Notes under the pieces: generated by a model
The model's database searches: none
What the model was told of the DNA's origin: nothing
What the model saw: only the letters and a program-made list of their open reading frames with translations
Translations under genes and position numbers: made by a program
Shown here: one piece after another, positions 1-12,131 of the stretch
Position numbering within the stretch: position 1 is the first letter of the stretch
Layout of the letters: each line of letters begins with the position of its first letter
NCBI GenBank assembly: GCA_965235115.1
Contig: OZ249436.1
Coordinates: 43,712,001-43,776,000, forward strand
Origin: Laetmonice hystrix
Lineage: Eukaryota
Reading direction: 5' to 3'
DNA: 64,000 nucleotides

Positions 1-1633
1 GCTGATCCAGAGCTGCTTCTGTATAGGCTGCTTTCCAATATACGATTGGTGCACAGGAACATGACCAGCACTAACAACCATGCCGAGCCTGATCCTGCAG
101 GTCGTGTGTTATTACCGATGTCCTCAGCTCATGTTTATAGGAAAACTACATTGATTGCCCAATTGGTTGGCTCACCACCTGACCAAAATGGCAAACACAT
201 GGCCCAGTCCAGATGTAGGATGACCTAGTTGTAACTTAAGTACACGTACATGCGTGAATTTTCATTCTCGTCTAATATTTTAAACACTAGTATTATAATA
301 TTGATCAGAATCTTCCCCTTTGCAATCGAAAACAGAACAGAATCAGCAATATATTAAACGGTTTTTGCCAACTACATGTACATTCTTTTATTTGAATGCC
401 CCCACCCAGAGGGTCAGACTTACCCTTTACCCCAACTGGTCATACAGTACGGGACTGTGACGTAATGATTGGTCTCTGAAGTTCCCGTTGTAGCTGTTAC
501 AATCAGGAACCGTCCATTGGAACAACCAGTCCCTAATGCAAAGGTCGGTATTATTGCCCCACTTAATATAATGCCATTAAGTTTATATCATTTTTATTTG
601 GGGCTAACGGATAAATCAAGATCCCTTTAAGGAACTCCCAAATCATGGTTGGGTGTAAAATATGACTTTTGTTTATCTCAGCACCGCCCGGTGGGAGTTT
701 TCAGTCAGGTGAAGTTATAAAGTATATGCTAGGGGCGTTATTTAGTATGACGTCACGGGGAAAAAATAAAGGCTTGATAGTCAAGTTGTCTTCCCACAGT
801 TTTTGCAATAAACTCCCATTTTATTATCCTGAAACAGTCTGCCTTCTATATGTGGGGCACTACAACACCCCAGGAGCCCTAAAGGTATCGCTATAGATCT
901 ATACCCTGTGGTCACCCAGCAGTCATCTTACACCTGAACACCCCCCCCCCCCCACACACACACCCTCCCCCATGACCGTGGGAAGATGGTGAAGTACTTA
1001 CATATATCTTGGTTTCTGTTCACCTATAGAGATTGCATACAGCTGAAGCGGTGTAGCTGACAGCTGGTTTTTCTAATCACAGCCTTTGACAATTGACCAC
1101 GCCAAGAATAGACTGGCGAGAACAACGAGCCAATCAGTAACTAGACTCAGTATTTTCAGAAGTTTCAAGTTTCAAGACGTTAATTTTCAAAGTTGAACGT
1201 TTGTACCCATGATACACCAGTAGCCTACTGTTAGAGGGTTTGGTCCCCCCCTCCCACACACCCTCACACACACATCTGACATTGTTAATGTGGTCTCGGG
1301 CCAGTACTCCCACTCGCGACAGATCTTACCCTCATCCATCATGAGCTTGTTTTCCCCATTCATGATTTTCAAAATTCACCAGTGTACACAAACAAGTGGA
1401 GCCGATATTGTCGCCAAAACACATCCAATTTGTCAATCTCAACTGCTCAGTTTTCTGGAGGCATATTTAGTTACTAGAAATGTCTCTAATTCCTCTCCTA
1501 AAAAACCTACCCTGGGAGAACTTTGTAACTCCTTACGGATCAGTTGTTCAATTTGATTGGAGAAGGATCCTATAAATACCCAGGGGAGTATAACCTGTTC
1601 ACGTCGCCACCAAGGTCAGGGTTCATTTCCGCC

Positions 1634-1808
1634 TACAGTAAGTCAGAAGTAATCCATGGTTCAGACAGTAAGTCAGAAGTAATCCATGGTTCATACAGTA
1701 AGTCAGAAGTAATCCATGGTTCATACAGTAAGTCAGAAGTAATCCATGGTTCAGACAGTAAGTCAGAAGTAATCCATGGTTCGTACAGTAAGTCAGAAGT
1801 AATCCATG
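1634..1808. repeat. 30-bp tandem repeat, about 6 copies
   Basis: Unit tacagtaagtcagaagtaatccatggttca. Confidence 0.95.
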
Positions 1809-1906
1809 TTGTCCCAGACGTTCTGGATGATGTCATGGTCATGGTCATGGTCCTGAGATAGGACATTAAACACAGCTGAAGGTCTTATATTAGGATTAGT
1901 ACAGGG

Positions 1907-2146
1907 CAGTGGGGGATCCAGAATTTTGATAAGGGGGGGGGGGACCAGGATTTCGATAAGGGGGACCATCAGGATTTTGATAAGGGGGAGGCCCACCAGA
2001 ATTTTGATAAGGGGAGCATCAGGTTTTTGATAAGGGAGGGCCCACCAAAAGTCTTTTGACTGTACTAATGCATCTTCATCCAACCTACAAAAAAGAAGAA
2101 AAATCTAAGGGGGCCCTGGCCCCCAGGCCCCCTGGATCTCCCACTG
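1907..2146. mobile_element. hAT-like MITE with internal sub-repeats
   Basis: Ends cagtgggggatccag / ctggatctcccactg (1 mismatch); about 5 internal ccaggattttgataagggg motifs; flanks caggg/cagag (possible degenerate 5-bp TSD). Confidence 0.75.
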
Positions 2147-3997
2147 CAGAGCACTGTACATTATTGAAAGGGTAGAGTTTGTGTACCCATGCGTGGAGAA
2201 ACCTCCTTGTGTTTGTATTCAGTCCGAAATAACTCAAACCCTGCCGGACGAGAACGTGTAGTAACACTCGTCCGAGCAGGAATAGTTCCAGCCCGTGCGA
2301 GCAGTACGAGTCCCGTGGAATGGGTAATAACACAGATGATGAATGTGGTTCCATGTTCGACAGGTGTTTCCCTACAGGTAAACATGGTTGGAGTCTCTAC
2401 CTGCAGGTATAAATCACGTGCTACCTTTGTATGCCGACAGGTCAGATCATGGCAGGAATAGGAACGTTCATGCTTGGATGAACAGACTCTGGGATTTACT
2501 AAACCTAAACCAACATTTTGTATTTATGATTAACAGATACATTAGGCGGTGGAAAAAATGATCGGAGATTGAGTTTAATGAGGCTTGCGTTTAAAATTAA
2601 AAACCTTGAAGTTTGGGCGATCTATTCAGTTACATCATTCTCGAACAGCTATTCAATTAAGATGACTTAGAAAAAGCTCCTTTGACCTATATTAAGGAGG
2701 AAATATTGCTTCTTTTGTCGTTTTTATTCAGTCTGTATGCCTGAAGGATGATCTATTGTCTGTGACAGCGAACAGAATTATAGTGAAGAAACATGTGCTG
2801 CACACCTGATGGGGAAAGATGTTTTGTTTTTGTTGCATATTAAAAAGTATCTGACGAAACTTCCCTTGCCTGTTTTCTTCCGACTGATATTATCTTGGTT
2901 TGCCAAGAGAATTAATTGTTTCCTGAGAAGTTTGAGGTTTCCGTAAAACTCGTTTTATTCACATCCTAGTCGGAGAGAGGTAAAGAAGGGAGTGTGATTC
3001 GTTCCTTCTGAAGTCTTACTTTTCTTCGCTGAATCCCCCCGTACCATGTTAGTAAACTGAAACGAGGAACATTGTGCTGTGGTTAGTGTAAGTATGTAGC
3101 TTGACACACTTTTCACACTGTTAAAAACGATAGAGGTGTCGTTGTGAGCAAACAAGACAGTGTGAAACAGTTCCAGTTTGAGGGCGTGTGAAGGAGCAAT
3201 GGCTGATTTAATAATATGCAGATATTCTATCTTTAAAATGATCGATTTTTAGTTCTGAATTTATTTTTAAAGTTTCTATGTTGGCAACTCGTAAGGTGTC
3301 CAAGAGTGTGAAATGTTGATGGTCTGAGTCAGGTGGATTGGTCTATTTTGGTCTGCATTCAGGTGGGCAATTAGTAAGAGGTATTTTAGCACGCAATGAC
3401 TTTTGCTGGTTCCATAACAATGAGGCAGTTCTAAGCCCAAGATTATAGGGGTACACCGCAATTAGCAATCAACTTCAAGGTAATTTCTCGTTTTGTTCAT
3501 TCATGTAGTAATTCTCGCAGTCAGTATGATTGGTACCTGGGAAACGGTGTACTGGGAGAGTTTAATTAGTCGGGTAATTTTACGGTTATCAAGGTGAATA
3601 AAATGGCGTTTTATATTCGAGATGAGATAATACCACGCAGACTGTGGATAATTTCAAACGCCAGAGCCAGCCGATCAGAATTAATAATTTCATAATATTT
3701 CATGGCATATTATAGTCATTGACTGTGAAAATGTAATAAGCTTAGTTTTTAAAGACCCATCCCCCCTCCCACAGAGCATAGATTTTTTCTAAGCATTCCC
3801 GCGTTTTGAGCCCGTTGAGCGATGAATCCACAAAATATAATGCCCTAAAATGGCCCCTAAATGACGGGGAATCGCATCTCAGAGCTTCTAATTTTTAAAA
3901 AATTCCTGGGACCCCCCCCCCTCTCCCCACACCTGCTGAAAATCCTGGACACGCGCCTGCAATGAAGGGGCAAAAGTTGGCGATGAAGTTGTAACTT

Positions 3998-4557
3998 GAG
4001 TTTACTCAGAGCTTGCGTTGAATTTGAACCCTTCCAGCTGTCGGCAGCGTCGACAAACGTCTTCTTCACTTGATGGACCGCTTCTGGTTGCTATGTGAAT
4101 GCCAATACCAATCTGGTTGCTATGTGAATGCCAATCCAATACCAATCTGGTTGCTATGTGAATGTCAATACCAATCTGGTTGCTATGTGAATGCCAATAC
4201 CAATCTGGTTGCTATGTGAATGCCAATACCAATCTGGTTGCTATGAGTTTACTCAGAGCTTGCGTTGAATTTGAACCCTTCCAGCTGTCGGCAGCGTCGA
4301 CAAACGTCTTCTTCACTTGATGGACCGCTTCTGGTTGCTATGTGAATGCCAATACCAATCTGGTTGCTATGTGAATGCCAATCCAATACCAATCTGGTTG
4401 CTATGTGAATGTCAATACCAATCTGGTTGCTATGTGAATGCCAATACCAATCTGGTTGCTATGTGAATGCCAATACCAATCTGGTTGCTATGTGAATGCC
4501 AATACCAATCTGGTTGCTATGTGAAGGCCAATACCAATCTGGTTGCGATGTGAATGA
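3998..4557. repeat. 29-bp minisatellite inside a 247-bp higher-order duplication
   Basis: Unit tctggttgctatgtgaatgccaataccaa; block 3998-4244 recurs from 4245. Confidence 0.95.
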
Positions 4558-4743
4558 TAATCTCAATTAGGACCCGTTTCACAAGTCCCTCGTAAAAAAT
4601 CGGATCGTAAAATTAAGATATTCTCAGCTTTCTGTTTCCTGGTCCTGGTCCCTAAGGCCGTAATTGACATTACGTTGTCAAACAGAATTTTTACACTAAA
4701 ACTTGTTAAATGGGGCTAAAAATGCAATGTTCACATAAAGAAT

Positions 4744-5050
4744 CTGCTTGCAATGAAACAACCAAAGATCGCACAACCTGTTGTGTTCGCATAATGAAAC
4801 TGCTTGCAATAAAACAACCAAAGATCGCACAACTTGTTGTGTTCGCATAATGAAGCTGCTTGCAATGAAACAAACAAAGATCGCACAACCTGTCGTGTTC
4901 GCATACTGAAACTGCTTGCAATGAAACAAACAAAGATCGCACAACCTGTCGTGTTCGCATACTGAAACTGCTTGCAATAAAACAAACAAAGATCGCACAA
5001 CCTGTTGTGTTCGCATACTGAAACTGCTTGCAATGAAACAAACAAACAAA
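4744..5050. repeat. 56-bp tandem repeat, about 5 copies
   Basis: Unit ctgcttgcaatgaaacaaacaaagatcgcacaacctgttgtgttcgcatactgaaa. Confidence 0.95.
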
Positions 5051-6703
5051 CTGTTGTTTAATCTGATGAAAACGTGTAAAATTATTTTCTTAGAACGTAT
5101 TACACACATCCATCCGCGAGTCAGAACTTTTCGTTATGAGGGTAGTTTTTTTTAATCCAGTACTAATACAATGTAAGTAGAAGCTTGTTTTCAGGTGAAG
5201 TCATGTACGCTGTAATTTTAACGCTTTACGTTGTTCAAAGTGTCCTATTGATCTACCATATACACGGTACAGTAGAAGAGCTCCTTCCATTCACAAAGGC
5301 TGCTGACCTCCCTCCTTGATGTCAGAGATCCCCTAGCGTTACCTCAGGGTATGATTATAGGGATGGTTAAGTGTAAGTATGGGGAAGGTCTAATTACCCC
5401 CAACCCCCTGTCTGTAGCTGAGGGTTGACCCAGATTTAGGACAGCCCTAGCATAGGGCGGATAGGAAGGCACTTTATACGGCATCCTATCCCCGCCAAAC
5501 TTTACATACTAATATTACATAAGGAACTCAGGTGCCAGAAGTTGGAATCTTTCAGGGGTGTCAGAAAGTGACATTTAGGAGGGGGTCCAAAAGACGACCC
5601 TAAAATAGAAGATCCTTTTGCAAAAGTAGAGTGGATATAAAACCTCTGCCAGCCTTATTACATCAATCTTCTACCATTTTGTGGACGGTATACTGACACT
5701 CAAAAATATTGACTATATAGGCCGAGTACCTATATACACGTAGATTTAATACACTCATGGACAAAACGATAGAGTCTACCTACTCTGCCCCCTATTGTTT
5801 GATTCTGGGTCGCTGTCGCCCCTATCCGTTCCTGTCGCCACTGTCTGTCCTTTGCCCTATTATAGGCCTCTATACATTTAGGCTCTATTTCCCGAATTGT
5901 GGGGAGCAAGCAAATATGCCGGAATAGCCACGTACCCTTCCTAGGCCGCCGCTGTCTATTTCAAAGTTGGGGGGGGGGGGGAGAACCCAGGTGTGTTTGA
6001 TCGTTTTCCCCCAGATCTAGGTATAGATCTAGACCTTATTTCCACGGGCCTTTGACCTTTCTAGTCCGCCACCAGAAATGCCCCACCGCCCCCCCCCCCG
6101 GGAACGGCGCCCCTTCTCCCTGGCATCGCCTCAGTCTGATAATTATTGGGGGGGGGGGGGGGGTCTCAAGCAAAATTTCCTCGTTGGATCAGAGCCGAAA
6201 CTATTATAGCGTCTAACGGTGAAGTTTGATGTAGGTCTACAAAAGGTGAAGTCGCCAGATTCTGAAGCCAATTAACCAGCCGTAGCCTGAAGCAGTCGCT
6301 TAAAATCTAAATTTACTTTGAAATGATCAGAATAATGTTGGGAAATATGTCCACCCAGCCCCGAGGGTTCACAGGGCTTTAGGAGCGGTGGCTGAAGGCG
6401 GGGTGAGATGCCAAGGTCCCTGGCACGTGACCAGTGACCATGGTGACCAGGTTCCCGGATGCTGGCGATGTGCCGTATTCCGAACACATTATACAGTCGT
6501 ACTGGTGATCTCTCAGAAGGTTTGCCTCAGGCTCAGAGCAAGTTCATCGCAATCAAATCTCTACATCATATCTACAGGCATTATCCTCACGAGGAGGGGT
6601 CAGTACGGTCATGATCGACGGGCATATGAATATTCATGAGATTATTCGTTAAAACGAGGCAGAGCCTTCCCCTTTGGCTATCTGAACACATGTTGTTTCT
6701 CAG

Positions 6704-6747
6704 GACTGGGAGGCACAGGCCTGGGCCTACTCCCAAACCAACTCACT
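6704..6747 (+). CDS. Candidate upstream 44-nt exon (first unit of the 54-bp array)
   Basis: ttgtttctcag|GAC...TCA CT|gtgaga. Read as DWEAQAWAYSQTNS(L), its phase-2 end fits the exon at 21176. No homology support. Confidence 0.3.
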
Positions 6748-9417
6748 GTGAGATCAGACTGGATGGCACAGGCCTGGGCCTACTCCCAAACCAACTCACT
6801 GTGAGATCAGACTGGATGGCACAGGCCTGGGCCTACTCCCAAACCAACTCACTGTGAGATCAGACTGGATGGCACATGCCTGGGCCTACTCCCAAACCAA
6901 CTCACTGTGAGATCAGACTGGGATGGCACAGGCCTGGGCCTACTCCCAAACCAACTCACTGTGGGATCAGACTGGGAGGCACAGGCCTGAACCTACTCCC
7001 AAACCAACTCACTGTGAGATCAGACTGGGATGGCACAGGCCTGGGCCTACTCCCAAACCAACTCACTGTGGGATCAGACTGGGGCCTGGGCCTACTCCCA
7101 AACCAACTCACTGTGAGATCAGACTGGGATGGCACAGGCCTGGGCCTACTCCCAAACCAACTCACTGTGAGATCAGACTGGATGGCACAGGCCTGAACCT
7201 ACTCCCAAACCAACTCACTGTGAGATCAGACTGGGATGGCACAGGCCTGGGCCTACTCCCAAACCAACTCACTGTGAGATCAGACTGGGATGGCACAGGC
7301 CTGGGCCTACTCCCAAACCAACTCACTGTGGGATCAGACTGGGGCCTGGGCCTACTCCCAAACCAACTCACTGTGAGATCAGACTGGGATGGCACAGGCC
7401 TGGGCCTACTCCCAAACCAACTCACTGTGAGATCAGACTGGGATGGCACAGGCCTGGGCCTACTCCCAAACCAACTCACTGTGAGATCAGACTAGGATGG
7501 CACAGGCCTGGGCCTACTCCCAAACCAACTCACTGTGAGATCAGACTGGGATGGCACAGGCCTGGGCCTACTCCCAAACCAACTCACTGTGAGATCAGAC
7601 TGGATGGCACAGGCCTGGGCCTACTCCCAAACCAACTCACTGTGAGATCAGACTGGGATGGCACAGGCCTGGGCCTACTCCCAAACCAACTCACTGTGAG
7701 ATCAGACTGGGATGGCACAGGCCTGGGCCTACTCCCAAACCAACTCACTGTGGGATCAGACTGGGGCCTGGGCCTACTCCCAAACCAACTCACTGTGAGA
7801 TCAGACTGGGATGGCACAGGCCTGGACCTACTCCCAAACCAACTCACTGTGAGATCAGACTGGGATGGCACAGGGCTGGACCTACTCCCAAACCAACTCA
7901 CTGTGAGATCAGACTGGGATGGCACAGGCCTGGGCCTACTCCCAAACCAACTCACTGTGAGATCAGACTAGGATGGCACAGGCCTGGGCCTACTCCCAAA
8001 CCAACTCACTGTGAGATCAGACTGGGATGGCACAGGCCTGGGCCTACTCCCAAACCAACTCACTGTGGGATCAGACTGGGGCTTGGGCCTACTCCCAAAC
8101 CAACTCACTGTGAGATCAGACTGGGATGGCACAGGCCTGGGCCTACTCCCAAACCAACTCACTGTGAGATCAGACTAGGATGGCACAGGGCTGGGCCTAC
8201 TCCCAAACCAACTCACTGTGAGATCAGACTAGGATGGCACAGGCCTGGGCCTACTCCCAAACCAACTCACTGTGAGATCAGACTGGGATGGCACAGGCCT
8301 GGGCCTACTCCCAAACCAACTCACTGTGAGATCAGACTAGGATGGCACAGGGCTGGGCCTACTCCCAAACCAACTCACTGTGAGATCAGACTAGGATGGC
8401 ACAGGGCTGGGCCTACTCCCAAACCAACTCACTGTGAGATCAGACTGGGATGGCACAGGGCTGGGCCTACTCCCAAACCAACTCACTGTAAGATCAGACT
8501 GGGATGGCACAGGCCTGGGCCTACTCCCAAACCAACTCACTGTGAGATCAGACTGGGATGGCACAGGCCTGGGCCTACTCCCAAACCAACTCACTGTGGG
8601 ATCAGACTGGGGCCTGGACCTACTCCCAAACCAACTCACTGTGAGATCAGACTGGGATGGCACAGGCCTGGGCCTACTCCCAAACCAACTCACTGTGAGA
8701 TCAGACTGGATGGCACAGGCCTGGGCCTACTCCCAAACCAACTCACTGTGGGATCAGACTGGGGCCTGGGCCTACTCCCAAACCAACTCACTGTGAGATC
8801 AGACTAGGATGGCACAGGCCTGGGCCTACTCCCAAACCAACTCACTGTGAGATCAGACTGGATGGCACAGGCCTGGGCCTACTCCCAAACCAACTCACTG
8901 TGGGATCAGACTGGGGCCTGGGCCTACTCCCAAACCAACTCACTGTGAGATCAGACTAGGATGGCACAGGCCTGGGCCTACTCCCAAACCAACTCACTGT
9001 GAGATCAGACTGGATGGCACAGGCCTGGGCCTACTCCCAAACCAACTCACTGTGAGATCAGACTGGATGGCACAGGCCTGGGCCTACTCCCAAACCAACT
9101 CACTGTGGGATCAGACTGGGGCCTGGGCCTACTCCCAAACCAACTCACTGTGAGATCAGACTAGGATGGCACAGGCCTGGGCCTACTCCCAAACCAACTC
9201 ACTGTGAGATCAGACTGGATGGCACAGGCCTGGGCCTACTCCCAAACCAACTCACTGTGGGATCAGACTGGGGCCTGGGCCTACTCCCAAACCAACTCAC
9301 TGTGAGATCAGACTAGGATGGCACAGGCCTGGGCCTACTCCCAAACCAACTCACTGTGAGATCAGACTAGGATGGCACAGGCCTGGGCCTACTCCCAAAC
9401 CAACTCACTGTGAGATC
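6704..9417. repeat. 53/54-bp minisatellite with a 45-bp variant, about 50 copies
   Basis: Unit gactgggatggcacaggcctgggcctactcccaaaccaactcactgtgagatca. Confidence 0.97.
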
Positions 9418-11271
9418 CACCCACGGGAACGATAAAAATCATTCTGTTCTTATGTCACAGTTGGCAGAACACAAACAACGGAGAAGTGTGAACAATAAAC
9501 ACTGTCTTTTTCTATTTCTACGATAAACGAATGACCCTTAAAGGTTCCTCTTTTAAGATCAGTGACACCTATAGGATCTCTTTGATACGATGTCCTGGCC
9601 AGGGTCCCTGGGCCCAGTATAGGCCGTGGGAGAGCCAGGGTAGGCACACTGATCACCTTGTAACATTGAGTGGCAAATATTATGCTGGTACCTCAGTCAA
9701 GTTCTATGCCATCATCCACATGAGCTGTGAAATGGCCTGGTGGACAGCCCAACCATTGTTTTAAATGCATTCCAGGCCATGCATTGTGAATCATTGAGCA
9801 TGCCTTTGATTTTTTTTCTTGAACAGCTACAACATTCAGTCATGCTCCCTTCCCACTCTCGTCACCTCCTCGGGGGCTGATGGGTGAATGTTTTTGCGCT
9901 CTCAGGGGCTTTCGTAAAGTTATTTGGACAACTTTTTTTTATTCTATTGCCTCGTAGTTTGCTAAATTATAGACATAGTTTCGTAAAATCACTGGCCACC
10001 TCGGATATAGGCAAGTTGAACCTGATGATACATAGCATAAGGATCTTCAGATAGAAGAAGCGGATCGGGGTGTGGTGTGGGGGGGGGGGGGCACCCCCTT
10101 TTCATTGAAAAAAGCACGGTGATCACGCTGCTAGTTCACCACTCAGACCCCCCCCCCCCCCCTTGCAAAATCCTCAATCCGCCCCTGGTATACGACAATA
10201 TTACTCTACCTGTCGCCCATATGTATTGGCCATTACGGTTGTGGAACCAGCTACATTAGTTTTCGGCTCAGAGATCTTCTCAAGGATACACCAGCAGCTG
10301 AAGCATCAAACAAACCAAGCTGTCAAGGGTCAGATTCACCTGGCCCCAGTGGGGGCCGAATGCTACCGGTGGACGTCTGCTGAATGTAGGGGGGCTGCGA
10401 CCCCTATAAACCAGACGGGCCATGAATGACGACTGGGGACAGGAGAAGTCGCCCCACAAGTCATCGCTGTGAATACTGAAGTCATGCTCTGGGCGGCCGA
10501 TTGTGAATCGGATCTATGTGGTCTACATGGTAGGTTCTGGATCAGTTCCTTCACCTGAAACAGGTCAGCGATGGAGAAAGTATACTGCTGGCATTCCCGT
10601 ATAATAATATCCGTGGAGAATTCCCTCCTTTGGAAACCGTCATATTTTGATGCCTCTGATACTATGACTTCCAAAGATATAGTGCATTTGTAAATTAACA
10701 TAATGTCTGTAATGTTTCAGAAATTATTTACGAGGTACTAGCCTAGATGACTCATAAAGCATAATAAGTACATACATGTGTCAAACTGATTGTGGTGCTT
10801 TCTGTACCAGGGTACATGTATATTGTAGTTAATGTTTATTTTATTTCAAGCCCAAAGCATAAATCCTATAGAAAAGGTTCCACTATGGGCAAAACAGTGA
10901 GGTCATCCATGTAAGTTATACATTAATCAAATTTTGTTTGGGCTTTCCTAATATATTTTAAAACATGAAATTTTAACATGGTGTTGCCGAGGATAAATGG
11001 TAACTTTTTGAGGAGTCTAGCATGCCGCTTTAAATAATGTTAACGCGGATGTTCCTTTCAAATAAAATGGGTTGTAGTTATTTTAGGTGTAGGTACTTCA
11101 ACATTGGGAGTATTGTAATCGGGGGCGTACAGATCCTTAAAATAGAGGCAGTTCTCATTCAGCTGGGTCTGGGATTATATTCCGTGGGTCTCACTCCCAC
11201 GTACCCAGTCCAAGGAGTATTAACCCAATTCATTGGGCAAATATTAGTGATGTGATCCACTGCGGTGGTCG

Positions 11272-11387
11272 AGGGTCCACCGGTAGGCGGGTCCGGGGTG
11301 GTCCGGGGAAGAGGGCCCACCGGTAGGCGGGGACGGGGTGGTCCGGGGAAGAGGGCCCACCGGTAGGCAGGGACGGGGTGGTCCGGG
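11272..11387. repeat. About 40-bp G-rich tandem repeat, 3 copies
   Basis: gggcccaccggtaggcggggacggggtggtccggggaaga. Confidence 0.9.
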
Positions 11388-12031
11388 ATCTTGGACCAGA
11401 GTATACCCTTGGTAAACGTTACGGTGCCAAGGTCACGCGGTACTCGGGGTCTACTGACGGCGGAGGGCCGCTGTACGTCCTGCTCGTGACCCACCGGTTT
11501 CATTGTATCCCCTGGCTGGGTTTAAGGTCGCTTTTCAGCGGATCAGGAAGGATATGTGGAGAGTTCAAGGTTGTATGAAGTGGGGATTGGTGATGATGAG
11601 GGAGGGGCTTCTCTTCAGAAGACTGACGTGTGCGACCGCACGGCATGCAGAAGTCAACTCTTTCTCTCTAGCAATGTTAACAATCATGTTTAAAACATAA
11701 TTGTCTCTTCTTGCGGATACAGGCAAGTTTTACAAAGTGCTGAAAGTATGAATCGAATTAAGTAATAAAAAGATCACCAAAAAACTGCATGTCGTTCTTG
11801 TTACCACTTTAAAGATCATATTCCTCGCTCAAGTTCTCAACGACTTACATTAAGTTTACATTTAAGTCTCCCTTCTCTGATAATTTCCTACGGCATTTCA
11901 TGTTGCTCGGATTGTACTTAGACTCTCTGTTTTACCTTAGTCCAAGCATCCTTTCACTTTGTTTTAATACCGGGGGAAATCTACAATAGATGTGGAGTGC
12001 CAAATGATCATAATCCTATAGGCTATATCAT

Positions 12032-12131
12032 CAGAGGCGGATCGAGGATTTTACAACCTGGGGGGGGGGCTACCTCCAGGGGGGCTTAAGCCTCCAAAGC
12101 CCCCCCCCCCCCCCCGCTGGATCCGCCACTG
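12032..12131. mobile_element. 100-bp MITE with CAG...CTG ends
   Basis: cagaggcggatcgag / ctggatccgccactg inverted ends; poly-G/poly-C interior; no clear TSD. Confidence 0.7.

Noticed and set aside
6636..8796. Many overlapping ORFs in the 54-bp array
   Set aside because: The 53/54/45-bp units cause frequent frame changes and stops; repeat artefacts.
10163..11700. Short ORFs that might be TE or viral relics
   Set aside because: No recognisable RT, integrase, transposase or capsid motif; would need BLASTX.
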